A stretch of 24,838 nt of DNA from Azolla caroliniana. Lineage: Eukaryota; Plantae; Polypodiophyta. The notes below the pieces were generated by a model, which saw only the letters and a program-made list of their open reading frames with translations, was not told the DNA's origin and ran no database searches. The stretch covers positions 1 through 24,838 of the forward strand of contig JBHGNT010000448.1 of assembly GCA_043228905.1 (NCBI GenBank). Direction: 5' to 3'. Shown here in pieces: positions 1 to 10,219 of the stretch. Within the stretch, counting starts at the first letter, position 1. Each line of letters starts with the position of its first letter. A program made the position numbers and the translations under genes.

Positions 1-4
1 AGTA

Positions 5-35
<31 letters not shown>

Positions 36-48
36 CAAGAGAGAGAGA
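5..48. repeat. (TG)n microsatellite followed by a short (GA)n tract
   Basis: Directly visible: TG dinucleotide run at 5-30 and an AGAGAGAGAGA run at about 38-48. Confidence 0.9.
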
Positions 49-99
49 CTTTAACGTGCACAACATATAGAATACAATATTTGGGATGAGGTTTAGCCC

Positions 100-225
100 A
101 TGGCGAGGATCAAACGTGGGGTCTCTCAATTTTACGACTTTGATACTATGGTGTAAAGCATCACACTAACATCTAAAAGGACAGCGGGATAAAGAGAATA
201 GAGTAGAGTATATATTTTATCATTC
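100..225 (-). mobile_element. Probable degenerate TRIM/LTR-retroelement remnant (PBS-LTR junction)
   Basis: CTTTGATACTA at 138-148 is a 2-mismatch match to CTCTGATACCA, the reverse complement of the tRNA-iMet primer-binding site TGGTATCAGAG. It is followed immediately by TG (an LTR CA end on the minus strand). Flanking text resembles plant TRIM elements from memory. No second LTR was found. Confidence 0.35.
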
Positions 226-2193
226 ACGAGGAGACCAAATAAAAATACATATCATCTTGTACTTGAATCCTTCCTAAGAAGGGTCGTTTCTACTCTTTAG
301 TAAAATCTTTCTATGTGAAATAATACACATACACATGTGCTCGCCCTTCTTGGTGGAGATTTGAGTATGACACCTAAGTTATCATGCTTGTCAAACAAAT
401 CATCTTGCTTATTGTGAATCACCTTATGTGACGAGCGTGTCAGAAGTAAGTGATATTCATACTTTCATGCTATTAGAAATATATGCTTGATTCGTAGAGG
501 TCGTTGCCATGGAAAGAGTATTCAAGTATATCATAGAGTAACAATATATGCCACATAAAATACGAACCATAGTACCACCGTTTATATGGTGTCATGTGGA
601 ATGACATGCACAAGTTTTGCAACATCTCATTTGCTAGGAGGATTTATCCAAACATTGAGAAAATAGTTTCTTATTCCTCTTTGACGTATGTCCGATTTGG
701 TAGGGTGTCGATTTCCTCAATCTACATTGAAGAGCATTGCCACCATTCTTGTTGAATACTTTGTCCTACAGGTAGTTGTCTCTTTTACTTCTTTGTGTGC
801 ATCCTTCAATGTTTTTGTTGAGTTTTTGCTTTCTACATAAATGACTCACAATGCATTTAGGTTCTAGAATACCAATATTTTGTGTAGGCACTCACTAGTT
901 GGTCTTCACTCTCGTTCTTCTACGTAGCTTCAAGGATGCTAGTAGATGGAATTATACGTGAAGCTTCCATTTACCTATTGTTCAAGCTAATGGTTTTCGT
1001 AGGACATGGATAATTGTAATGTACATACATGATGATCGTGCAATGGATTAAGCTAAGTCTCGCACTAGGCACTTGTACAAGGAAGTATAGAGGTGATGTA
1101 AAGGGCATGGGTCCCCATATATGTACAAGGTATGCATGGATGCCACACGTGAGTATTTTGAATGGTTGGGATGTGTTACCTACATAACCCCGTCATCAGG
1201 GAAAGTTAATTAGAAAGATCTATATCAATATATTTAAGAACATTTTGTTGAATTTTTAAGCTTGATTTGACCCATGAACCACCATCATAAGTCAAAGTTA
1301 ATTAGAAAGTTTGATAAGCGTGTCGATAGAGCATAATGTTCAATTTAGGTCTGCTTTGGGCTTGATCATGTTCACAATTGAGTTTTTCATATCAAATGAC
1401 TACAAAAAAGGTGATGGGTTGAAAAAACAAGATTTACTATTGAGAATACAAAGTTTCATGTGATCAAAATAAGCAAAAAGAACTAACTATGTTCCTCATC
1501 TAATATAAATTTTTTGAGCATTCCACATACGCGTTTCTTATGGTCTCGATAGTTGGGCATCCTTTTGATGGTCGGATGCTTCTCTTGATTCCCATTGGTA
1601 ATCTGAAATGACAGGTCGATTACAATCTTGTTTCGTGCCTTCGCATGATTCAAATGACATGTTGTCATGCTTCGATTAAGTTACATTGGGTGAAACGACA
1701 TGAAGATGTGGCATTCGAACCATCGTTGTACAGGATGCTTGTTATTTTTTATTCCCTGGAGGGTCGGAGAGTTTGGTTTTAGCATTAACAACCGAAGACC
1801 CATGAGGGAAGAGCGTGCGACAGGTGTGCGCGAGCAAGACATGGGAGAAGGGCTTGCTATGGGGGGGGACGTCCGTCCGACGTGTGATGGGCGGTGTGGT
1901 CTAGTGAGTGTGTTCGTGTGAACGGACCAGACCAGTCACCAGACCCGTTCACACACACACACACACGGAGGTTCGATTGTGTTTGCCATTCAACACACGC
2001 CAAAGTCTCTAGAGACCGAGTTGGGGGTTGTGTGTTGATCGGTCAAAAGAACTGACTTTCGCCTGTATGTATGTATGTATCAGTATGTTCCTGCAGATTC
2101 CCCCAAATTTGCCATGACAAACAAAATTCGCTCTTTCCTTTGAAAAAGCCTGCTCTGCTCTCTCATCTCTGCATACCTACCTCCTCCCTGCAT

Positions 2194-3537
2194 ATGGCGT
2201 GCTCTTCACGACGCAACCTTTCCTCCCTCCTCTTCCTCTTCCTCTGCATCTCCATCTCCACCTGCTCCGCTTACTTCCATCATTCCCCCTTCGCTCGCAG
2301 ATTCGCCTGCCATGGCTCTCGCCCCACCATCTTCAAGTTCCCAAACTTCAACCAACCCCTCGCCCAGCCGAAGCTCCTGTCTCTCCTGGGCGACGCCCAC
2401 CTCCTCCCTGCCGATGGCAGCCTCCAGATCTCGGGCTCCACGGGTGGCGTCTTCCTGACTCAGCCCCTCACCCTCCGCAGCCGCTCCCCCAACCATGACT
2501 CCATGTCTTTCTTCACTTCCTTCTCCTTCTCCATGGACGCCGGCAATGGCGATGGCCTTGCCTTCTTCATCTCTCCCTCCAATCCCGCACAGAGCCACGG
2601 TCAGAACGGCCCTTCCTTCGGTCTGCCCTACCTCTCATTGCCGCCCCACACCCTTTTAATCGAATTCGACACATCCATGGATGCACAATTCCAAGACCCT
2701 AGCGATCACCATGTGGGCCTGGACATCGAGAGCCTCGTCTCTCTGGCCACTGCGGATGTTTCAGATGGCTTGTCAGGCAAGAGACTGTATGTGTGGATAG
2801 ATTACAGAGCCCCCATGAAGAGGCTAGAGGTTAGGCTTAGCCGATCTGCGGAGAGGCCAGAGATCCCCATCATCGCGTACAACGTCGACCTCTCCAATAT
2901 ATGGCAAGAGGAGATGTATGTAGGGCTATCCTCTTCCACAGGAGATTCCCCTCAAAGCCACGCCATTTACTCATGGACCTTTGTGGTGGTAGACACTGCC
3001 ATGTGGAATGATAAGAATGGTCCGGGTTCCCTAGGCCCCCATGGTCCTCATGACCATGATTGGCACCATGGTCCTCGTGACCATGACTGGCACCATGGTC
3101 CTCATGACCATGACTGGCACCATGACGCACCCCGAGACTGGCATCACGGCCCACACGACAAGAATGGATTCCCAAACTGGCAACCACATGATAGACCTGA
3201 TGAATGGCACCCAGATCATCATCATCATCATCATGACCAGCATCACGATGATGGCGCGGACTCGTGGTTTGGCGACATGGACGACGTGTGGGGCATCGTA
3301 TTCTCGTTGCTCTTTGGTGCCGCCTGCGGGACCGTGGTCGCCGGGGTTGTGTTCTTGGCGTGGTCCTTCGTCCGCCGCCGGCTGGAGAAGGGACTACCCG
3401 AGGAGCAAGCCCGCATCCTGTTTGGGTGTCCCAAGTGGGGTGCTGATCTTCAACTAGAGGATGGCAAGGTGAAGACGACAAGCAATGGTTATGAGAAACT
3501 CCCAACCCAAGATAAAGCAGAAGAGTCCTCCTGCTAG
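2194..3537 (+). CDS. L-type (legume) lectin-domain type-I membrane protein without kinase domain (LecRLP-like), 447 aa, with His-rich repeat stalk
   Basis: Single ORF. ATG 2194 starts a signal-peptide-like segment (MACSSRRNLSSLLFLFLCISISTCSA), so it is preferred over ATG 2071. Legume lectin motifs: SFFTSFSF, GDGLAFFISP, LIEFDT, DHHVGLDI, VWIDY, MYVGLSSSTG, HAIYSWTF. TM helix VWGIVFSLLFGAACGTVVAGVVFLAWSFV is followed by RRR, a short cytosolic tail and stop TAG ending at 3537. Confidence 0.92.
   Translation: MACSSRRNLSSLLFLFLCISISTCSAYFHHSPFARRFACHGSRPTIFKFPNFNQPLAQPKLLSLLGDAHLLPADGSLQISGSTGGVFLTQPLTLRSRSPNHDSMSFFTSFSFSMDAGNGDGLAFFISPSNPAQSHGQNGPSFGLPYLSLPPHTLLIEFDTSMDAQFQDPSDHHVGLDIESLVSLATADVSDGLSGKRLYVWIDYRAPMKRLEVRLSRSAERPEIPIIAYNVDLSNIWQEEMYVGLSSSTGDSPQSHAIYSWTFVVVDTAMWNDKNGPGSLGPHGPHDHDWHHGPRDHDWHHGPHDHDWHHDAPRDWHHGPHDKNGFPNWQPHDRPDEWHPDHHHHHHDQHHDDGADSWFGDMDDVWGIVFSLLFGAACGTVVAGVVFLAWSFVRRRLEKGLPEEQARILFGCPKWGADLQLEDGKVKTTSNGYEKLPTQDKAEESSC
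3040..3120 (+). repeat. Coding 27-bp tandem repeat, 3 near-perfect copies encoding HGP(H/R)DHDWH
   Basis: CATGGTCCTC(A/G)TGACCATGA(T/C)TGGCAC at 3040-3066, 3067-3093 and 3094-3120. Degenerate copies follow, and (CAT)6 lies at 3217-3234. Confidence 0.95.
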
Positions 3538-4940
3538 GCCATTATAGGTAGTAGATGATAAGCTACATACAGACATACATAATAAGTCCCTTGTATGGAT
3601 TTTTCTTTTGTATTGAATGTGGCCTGGTATTGGTATTAGATTTGGCTATATATATGTATGCGTTGGGGGAGGAGCTATAATAATGTTATAAGAGCTCATT
3701 AATATCTACCCAAACCATTATTGTACACATAACATATGTTAACGATGGATGCACTGTATAATAATAATAGCAGCTCCTTTTGTTTTGTCTCTGTACACAT
3801 ATATACATATCTAGTGTGCAAAAGAAATAACTTAATTGAGTTCTAATAACCTGGGATCCTTTTGAAATTCCTATGGAAATGCCTAATGTGATATGATTAA
3901 TCGAATATGTGCATGGTATTATTGTTCGATTTGGTGTTGTGTGGCATCCATCAATGGATGGTGAAAATGTGGCTACTTGGTGATAGCCATGGATGCTCAT
4001 TTTTGTGATCAATGGTTCTGACTTGTGGATACTCCCGTAGGTGACTGATTTTCTCTATACTCACACCCGAAACCTAACACCGAAGAACATGGCAACCATT
4101 CAGATACATACATACATAGCAAAGATAGAGATCGTGTTATGTTGTTTGTATACAAATAGCCTAATCTAGGATCAAAATAGTCAATGCATCCAACATGTCG
4201 TCACCATGTTCCATATCATAATAATTTGCATTACATCCATTAAGAGAAACTTAATACCGACTAGAAAAAAAAAACAATCAAAGCGTACACTTTTGTGGAT
4301 GTTTTGTTTAAAGTATGAATTTAACGTGCAAGGTAGGGACTGAGGAGTTCTTATAGAGGAAACATAGTCGAGATTTGTGTTAACCTAAAGAAAGCAATTC
4401 AATAATTTTAAGGTAGGAAGTTTTATCGGTAATTCTTCTTGAATGTCATGAAATTCCCAAAAGACCTCTTCCGAATGTGCTCATACACACATACACATAC
4501 CACCTTGCCTCCCACAGTCTATGGAGGCCGGATGGTTTCTGGATATGTCTCGATGGATTTTGAATAGATACGAGGGGGGGTTGGGGGGAGGGGCTAGGCA
4601 ATATGGGACCCGGGTAGTGTATGTATATATGTAAACCCATGTATATGTATTTGTATACGAATACGTATATGTATGTATGTATAAATACGTGATGGTCAGT
4701 CACGATATTTTTTTCATGACACCCTCCTCCAGACTTCAGTCCCTGCCCATTTCCAAGTTAAGTTCCGAACCATTAATTTTTTTGGGAACAAATAAACCGT
4801 TAAACCGTGTCTAACGGTTCGGTTCGGTTTGAGCCGAAACCGTCCCATTGCTATACATATACATATTTTACAAACAGTAACCTTCTCCTTCTTCTTCATT
4901 ATCATCATACAACAGACCTAATCCAGGGGAAGAGCTAGCG

Positions 4941-4990
4941 ATGTCTACTCAATGGAATCGTCATGACGCAGGGCAGGAGGAAGCAGATGT

Positions 4991-5052
<62 letters not shown>

Positions 5053-8000
5053 TTGGTTTCTTTTTTTATTGCCTTATTCTGATCCCTCTGCTTCCGAGGG
5101 AACAAGGAAAAAGGTTCAGGTTTTAGGGTTTGCCTCCTTGATGCTCTTTCCTGCTGTCGATGTTCGGACAGGGATATCCCGCTTCTTCTTCTGCGGCATC
5201 CTCATCCTTCGAGGAAACAGATATTGGAGATGATTTCGTGCTTCCTATCACGCACAGGCCTACCGAGAATCTCGACATGGACAATTTGGAGCAAGCTTCC
5301 GAGGATACAGAACTCACGTCATCGAATGTCGGATTCCGCCTCTTGCAGAAAATGGGGTGGAAAGGCAAAGGCCTAGGGAAAGATGAGCAAGGTATATTTA
5401 GGGTCGGAAGACATCGTAAACTTGTTTCTACCATTCTCTATGCTCATGTTCCCTTTGAACATTTTAAATATTCCTTTGTAAGATGATCCTAGTCATGGTA
5501 AGGAAATAGGCTGATTATATGTCAATGTTTCCTGTGACTCGAGGCTTTTCCTGGTATGTCTAATTTTCTTTTCTCGAACTTGCAAATCACTGGCATTAGG
5601 AAATAGACACTCAGTGAATCTAGACCTGCATAAAATCACAGTCATTAGCAAGTGGCATAACGGTTCGATTTAACTCTGAGATACGTGAACAAATGAAATA
5701 GAGGTCTTGTGATTCTTCCATGAATTCCTAAATGAGTGTTGAAATAGATCACTTTATCACCATTTAGCCCAAGGTGGTTTCAGATAGTGGTACTCTCACT
5801 ACTCGATCTTATACTGAATGGGAGAACCAGAAAGGGTAAAAAAATCTAGTTTTGTATGAAATTGCTCTGCTTCGTAGACTTAGATAGTAGCAATAATTGT
5901 GGAGAACATAATATTGTCTCGCTTTATGGCATTGTCACAACCTTGCATCTTCCTATTTGGTTGTTTTCCTGACACAGTTTCCTCTCTAATTATGATCTAA
6001 CCTGGATTCAAGGTTCATATTCTGTTATCCGTTAGAATTGTTAACAGATTGTCAGATAATGTCAGTAAGAATGTTAAGAGAATCCAATGAAACAATTGTT
6101 TGGTAACTGCTAGTTATCTGCAGTGGCTCGGTTTGATTTAGGAGTCTCAAACTCAAACCATTTCAAACTAAAACTTTTAAGCTGTTAAACCCTAAATTGA
6201 ACCAATACGAACCCTTAAAATGCCCAAACTGAACCATTTACAAATTTCTAATCCTGAACTAAGTCAGTTAAGCTGCAGTTTTGTGGTTTGGTTTGGCTTA
6301 AACCGAACTTTCACCAATTTCTAGTAATTGCCTTAGTTCTTGGAGAATTGTTAGCATCAGAACACATCATCTTTTGTTGGTTATATTTCCTTGTAACATG
6401 CCTTTTATATTTGGATTCACAAATGATGGCTGGAAACGTGAGAATGATTAGATGTGAAGTGGGAGCTGGGTAATCATTGAATGAGAGTAATATTGGTGTA
6501 AACTACCTATAATCACTATTATGCTTGACCTGTGATTTATAGGTATTGTCGAGCCAATCAGAGCTAAATCTCGGGATGCAAAACTTGGGCTAGGGAAGCA
6601 AGAACAAGATGATTACTACACTGCAGAAGAAAATGTTCATCGCAGGAAACTGGAAGTCGAGATAGAAGAGACCGAGGAATTAGCGAGAAGAAGAGAGGTA
6701 ATCTTTCTTTTCTTAGAAGAGACTGTGTGGGGTGCATGTAGAGGTACAAGAATGGCCTTCATTCTGTCTGATGTCAGTTCGATCATCCTTAAAAAGGGGC
6801 GGCAACCATAGGTCTTGTAGATCACATGTCTTTTGGTGAATGAGAGCCTTGTAAGGCAAATTTGCACAATTTGTGTGGCGCTTTGTTACCCTGGTGGCTT
6901 TTCTCGGGTGCTCCGTGTGCACTCTGGACATCCAGGTGGAGGCTGAGCGAGAGCAGAAGATCCAATCGGAGGTGAAGGAGATTAGGAAGGTGTTCCTTTG
7001 CGAGCTTTGCAACAAGCAGTATAAACTTGCAATGGAGTTCGAGACTCATTTAAGTTCATACGATCATAACCACAAAAAGGTAAATATGATGTGGGATTGC
7101 TACTCAATATCATGGAAAGAAACCTTGGGTGAATGCTGACTGTTACCTTTCTATAATTTTTATCAAAAGCGTTTCAAAGAAATGAGGGAACTCCAAGCAA
7201 GCAGGGGGAAAGATGATCGGCAGAAACGGGAGCAGTTACGTCATGAAAAGGAGCTTCAAAGACTGGCTCAACTGTATCCTTTCAGATAGAAACCTAATGT
7301 CAATTTGCATTTTTTGTTATGAAGACAATATTCTTGTTTATGGATGGAAGTAGAGCATATGGACTTAACACAGTGAAGAGCTGAGTCTCAAAGGCAGCAG
7401 CAACAGCAGCAACCAGAAGAAGAAAAGGCAATGATACCACCATCATGTTTGCCAGATGTAGAGGCTGGAAACATGCATAAAGCTCTTCCTCTGCAGCAGC
7501 AACGCAGTGCTTTGAAATTTGGTTTCGCAGCAAAGCCCTCAGCTAACAAGGTAAGGTTTTTATTTCAAATTTCTCATTTAAATGTGTGGAACAGCAGATG
7601 AAATTTCAAATCTGAGCTCATTAAGTGATAAGAATCATAATCACGGTTCAAGATATGATTTGATGTTGTTCTGGACGTGTTGCCTCAACAGTTAATTCGA
7701 AAAGGTTGTGATAGACTTTGGGGAAGATGACAGATTAGTGGACAAAAAGAGTTGTTGAACAAAAATAAGTCCGGATTGAAAAAGATCAGACAAGAAGAGG
7801 CCTTAAATATTTTGCAAATTTGTCCAAATTGAATGAGAATGTGAAAATGCAAAATGTGGGCCTTGCGGACATAGTGAGGATTTTAGTACTAGCTGGACAC
7901 AGAACATGACAGGATTTGGTGAAACCAAAGCGGCACATATCAGCTTTTCATGGCTAATCTGAGAATTCTTTGTCATAGTATGTTTCTGAGAGGGACTGAT

Positions 8001-9072
8001 TAATCAGGGTTATTGTGAAGGGGGTCCCAGCTGATTGTATCGCTTTTCACCAACCATTCCAGAACATATAATCAGTCATTTTAATTTTTCTTTATGCTCC
8101 ATCCATAGAGCAGAAAGACTCATATAAGTAGCTTCCAGGCTGCAGGTTATTTATTTCATCACGAGTGTGTGAATTGTTTCAGTGAAAAATGAACGACCAT
8201 AGTTTGTGAATCGTGTGCATTCACTAAGCAATTTATTGAGATATAGTTGGTAGGTAACTCAAGATAATACATACACCCACTGAAGTACAGCAATAGACCC
8301 TGTATTATTACAAATGTGGAGTTGTGCATGAATGGACGAGCTAAGACAGACGAAAGTTTAAGATATTTGTTATGCTAGTGCAAAGCAAGAGACAGTCCAT
8401 ATGCCTTATTTGAAAACAAAATTGGAGCCTCAAGGAGATCACAAATATGACTGATTATATTGGAATCTACGAAAGGTGTTTTACACTTTATAAAGTGGAA
8501 GAAAATAAGCAATGTGTATTGCAAAGGCAGTACATCATCGTGTGAGAACAATAATGCTATCGTCACCACGTAAAACACAAACCTTTTCCTTGTAAAAAAT
8601 GAAGAGAAGAGATTTTTGAAGGATAATCTATAGATTTCCATTCTCAACTAGCATTAAAATGCAGCAAACACCCGAGTTTCATGTGGGACAGAAGACTGGC
8701 TAGCATATAATTCCAGATTCTTTTATGATGACATTCCAGCCATTGTAATTGTGGGACTGCTTTTTAGATACTTTGTTTTCCGGGAGACATCCATTCCACT
8801 CTTTTTCCACGTCTCGTGGAGTACTATTGGGTGCAAATGATTTGGGTAGTTTGTACGTCGTAATGTAATTCTCTTATGGAATTATTTCCCTTGACTTGCA
8901 GTTCATATTTATATATGACCCTATCTTCAGATTGTTTATTATATAAATTCAAAGTGGTTAAGTTAACCTTTAATTCTTTCTTCAACAGATGTCAACTGGA
9001 CCAGTCAAGAGAAGCAAGTTAATTGCCAAGGTTGCATCAGTTTTCCAAGACGAAAGCGAGGAAGAAAAATGA
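4941..9072 (+). CDS. G-patch domain and C2H2 zinc-finger protein (plant GPATCH8-like / D111-G-patch family), about 308 aa, 7 exons
   Basis: Model: join(4941..4988, 5172..5391, 6543..6697, 6936..7079, 7170..7273, 7379..7550, 8989..9072) = 927 nt. All introns are GT-AG and phases are consistent. G-patch: [30 protein letters not shown]...LGLG. Zinc finger: CELCNKQYKLAMEFETHLSSYDHNH. Conserved LKFGF motif and acidic end VASVFQDESEEEK. Confidence 0.92.
4993..5046. repeat. (CT)27 microsatellite just inside intron 1 of the G-patch gene
   Basis: Uninterrupted CT run beginning after the donor GTAA (GT at 4989). Confidence 0.95.
5123..5131 (-). promoter_or_regulatory. Telo-box (AAACCCTAA) in intron 1 of the G-patch gene
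   Basis: TTAGGGTTT at 5123-5131. Telo-boxes are common near the 5' ends of plant RNA-processing and translation genes; function here is inferred. Confidence 0.5.
6111..6323. mobile_element. Degenerate non-autonomous hAT-like element (MITE), 213 bp, in G-patch intron 2
   Basis: Termini TAG...CTA, flanked by GTAACTGC (6103-6110) and GTAATTGC (6324-6331), a 7/8 match consistent with an 8-bp TSD. Terminal 24-mers match 14/24 as inverted repeats, including TCGGTTT. The interior is rich in AACC/GAACC and GGTTT subterminal motifs. Confidence 0.6.
7274..7378 (+). other. U12-type (minor spliceosome) GT-AG intron, intron 5 of the G-patch gene
   Basis: 5' site GTATCCTTT matches the U12 consensus RTATCCTTT. 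Branch-like GGACTTAAC at 7361-7369 lies about 10 nt before the AG at 7377-7378. There is no polypyrimidine tract. Removal restores the frame (CT|A = Leu: ...LAQ-L-AESQRQQQ...). Confidence 0.8.
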
Positions 9073-9895
9073 AAATTCAACTTCAAGCAATACTTGCCTA
9101 ATTCAGCATGGAGCTTGATTTTGTTGTCTGCAGTTCAATTTTATGTTACTAGATATTCAACATTTGCAAGCTAATCAATAATATTTCTATTTTCTCTTGT
9201 TTTGAATTGGTATGTCATGTTTTGACAGCTTATGATGCTATGATTGGAAGTGTTATGATTGGTTCATGGTCTCTGATGTGATAATGTGTATCTGATTGTA
9301 GCATTTTCGTTATGACCTCTTATTGTAGACTCATGCATCCATCATGAGAATATGGAGCATCATTTGCGGTGCTAGTGGTTTAATACATTGCCCCATTCAA
9401 GTATGCTTTTTCTCAAGATTCTTTCCTTTCAGAAAATTGGGCACCTTGCTATTATCCTTTCTGTTGAACCAACAGACTACTTTTGCTGTACGTTCAATTA
9501 TCTGATAGTCATGAATGTTATTGTTAGTACATCCCTCTCCTCTCCTAAGCGGAAGCATTTTTTCTGTAATATCTCTGTATTGCATGAAGTCCTGAAGACT
9601 AGGTTTACAGATCATATATATTAAGGGTGGATGAGTCTTTCTGACCTTTAAGACTGAATCTACAGTGTTTTCCGAATGAGTGTCTGCATCTCTTGTCAAA
9701 TATTTGAAACAAATATTTGGGTGCTGTTGAATCAATCTTGAGAATTGATATAAGATTCTATATTTTAATAAGCTGCCATCTTTCTAGATTCGAGTTGTGT
9801 TTCAGGTTAACATATTGGTCACACCTTTGACATCTGTGCACATGATCAATCATGACAATGTATTATGAGTTGAAATGAGAAATGTCTAAGCAATC

Positions 9896-10219
9896 ATGTG
9901 TAAAAAACATAAATCAAAGGAATCTACAATGGAGTATGTGCTTCCTTTCCAAACCAATAAAGGTCTTGATCACATTCTAGCCAAATATATCGAGCTACCT
10001 ATTCAAGAGATGCTAAGGTTGAACTTAAAGCCTTGGATCAATGTGCTTGGGAGGATTAAAGGAGAGTTGCTCATAGGGTATGGAGAACCTATAATGATGG
10101 TGCCTCCAAGAAGCAAGATTGTTGATGAAGCTCCTAAAGCATTAGGCTTGAGCTTCAGATTCATTAACAAAAAGGTTAAACTCTTGGAAGTTGGTAAAGG
10201 GGTGATTATTATAGATTAA
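9896..10219 (+). mobile_element. Possible decayed retrotransposon gag/protease fragment
   Basis: A 107-aa ORF of coding-like composition between genes, ending ...LLEVGKGVIIID, loosely like the region leading into a Ty3/gypsy aspartic protease site. There is no intact catalytic motif and no LTR; the resemblance is weak. Confidence 0.2.

Noticed and set aside
480-1700. Possible transposase fossil in the left intergenic region
   Set aside because: The translations I tried have multiple stops and no motif I could identify.
2071-2193. 41-codon N-terminal extension of the lectin ORF
   Set aside because: The ATG lies in a TATG repeat. The signal peptide starts at ATG 2194, so the extension is probably 5' UTR.
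3040-3120. CRISPR-like appearance of the 27-bp repeats (also considered for 24384-24590)
   Set aside because: Eukaryotic context and no cas genes. The 27-bp units are contiguous in-frame coding repeats without spacers, and the 24.4-kb units are degenerate with irregular gaps.
2199-3505. Overlapping alternative-frame and antisense ORFs, including Met/Thr-rich and poly-Met peptides
   Set aside because: These are by-products of the GC-rich lectin CDS and its CAT/GAC repeats, with no independent coding evidence.
4989-5126. ORF 4941-5126 with an SLSLSL tract as a complete protein
   Set aside because: Only 4941-4988 is exon 1. The rest is read-through into the (CT)n intron.
8375-9735. ORFs of 78-112 aa in G-patch intron 6 and the 3' flank
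   Set aside because: No recognisable motifs, non-ATG starts, and lengths compatible with chance.
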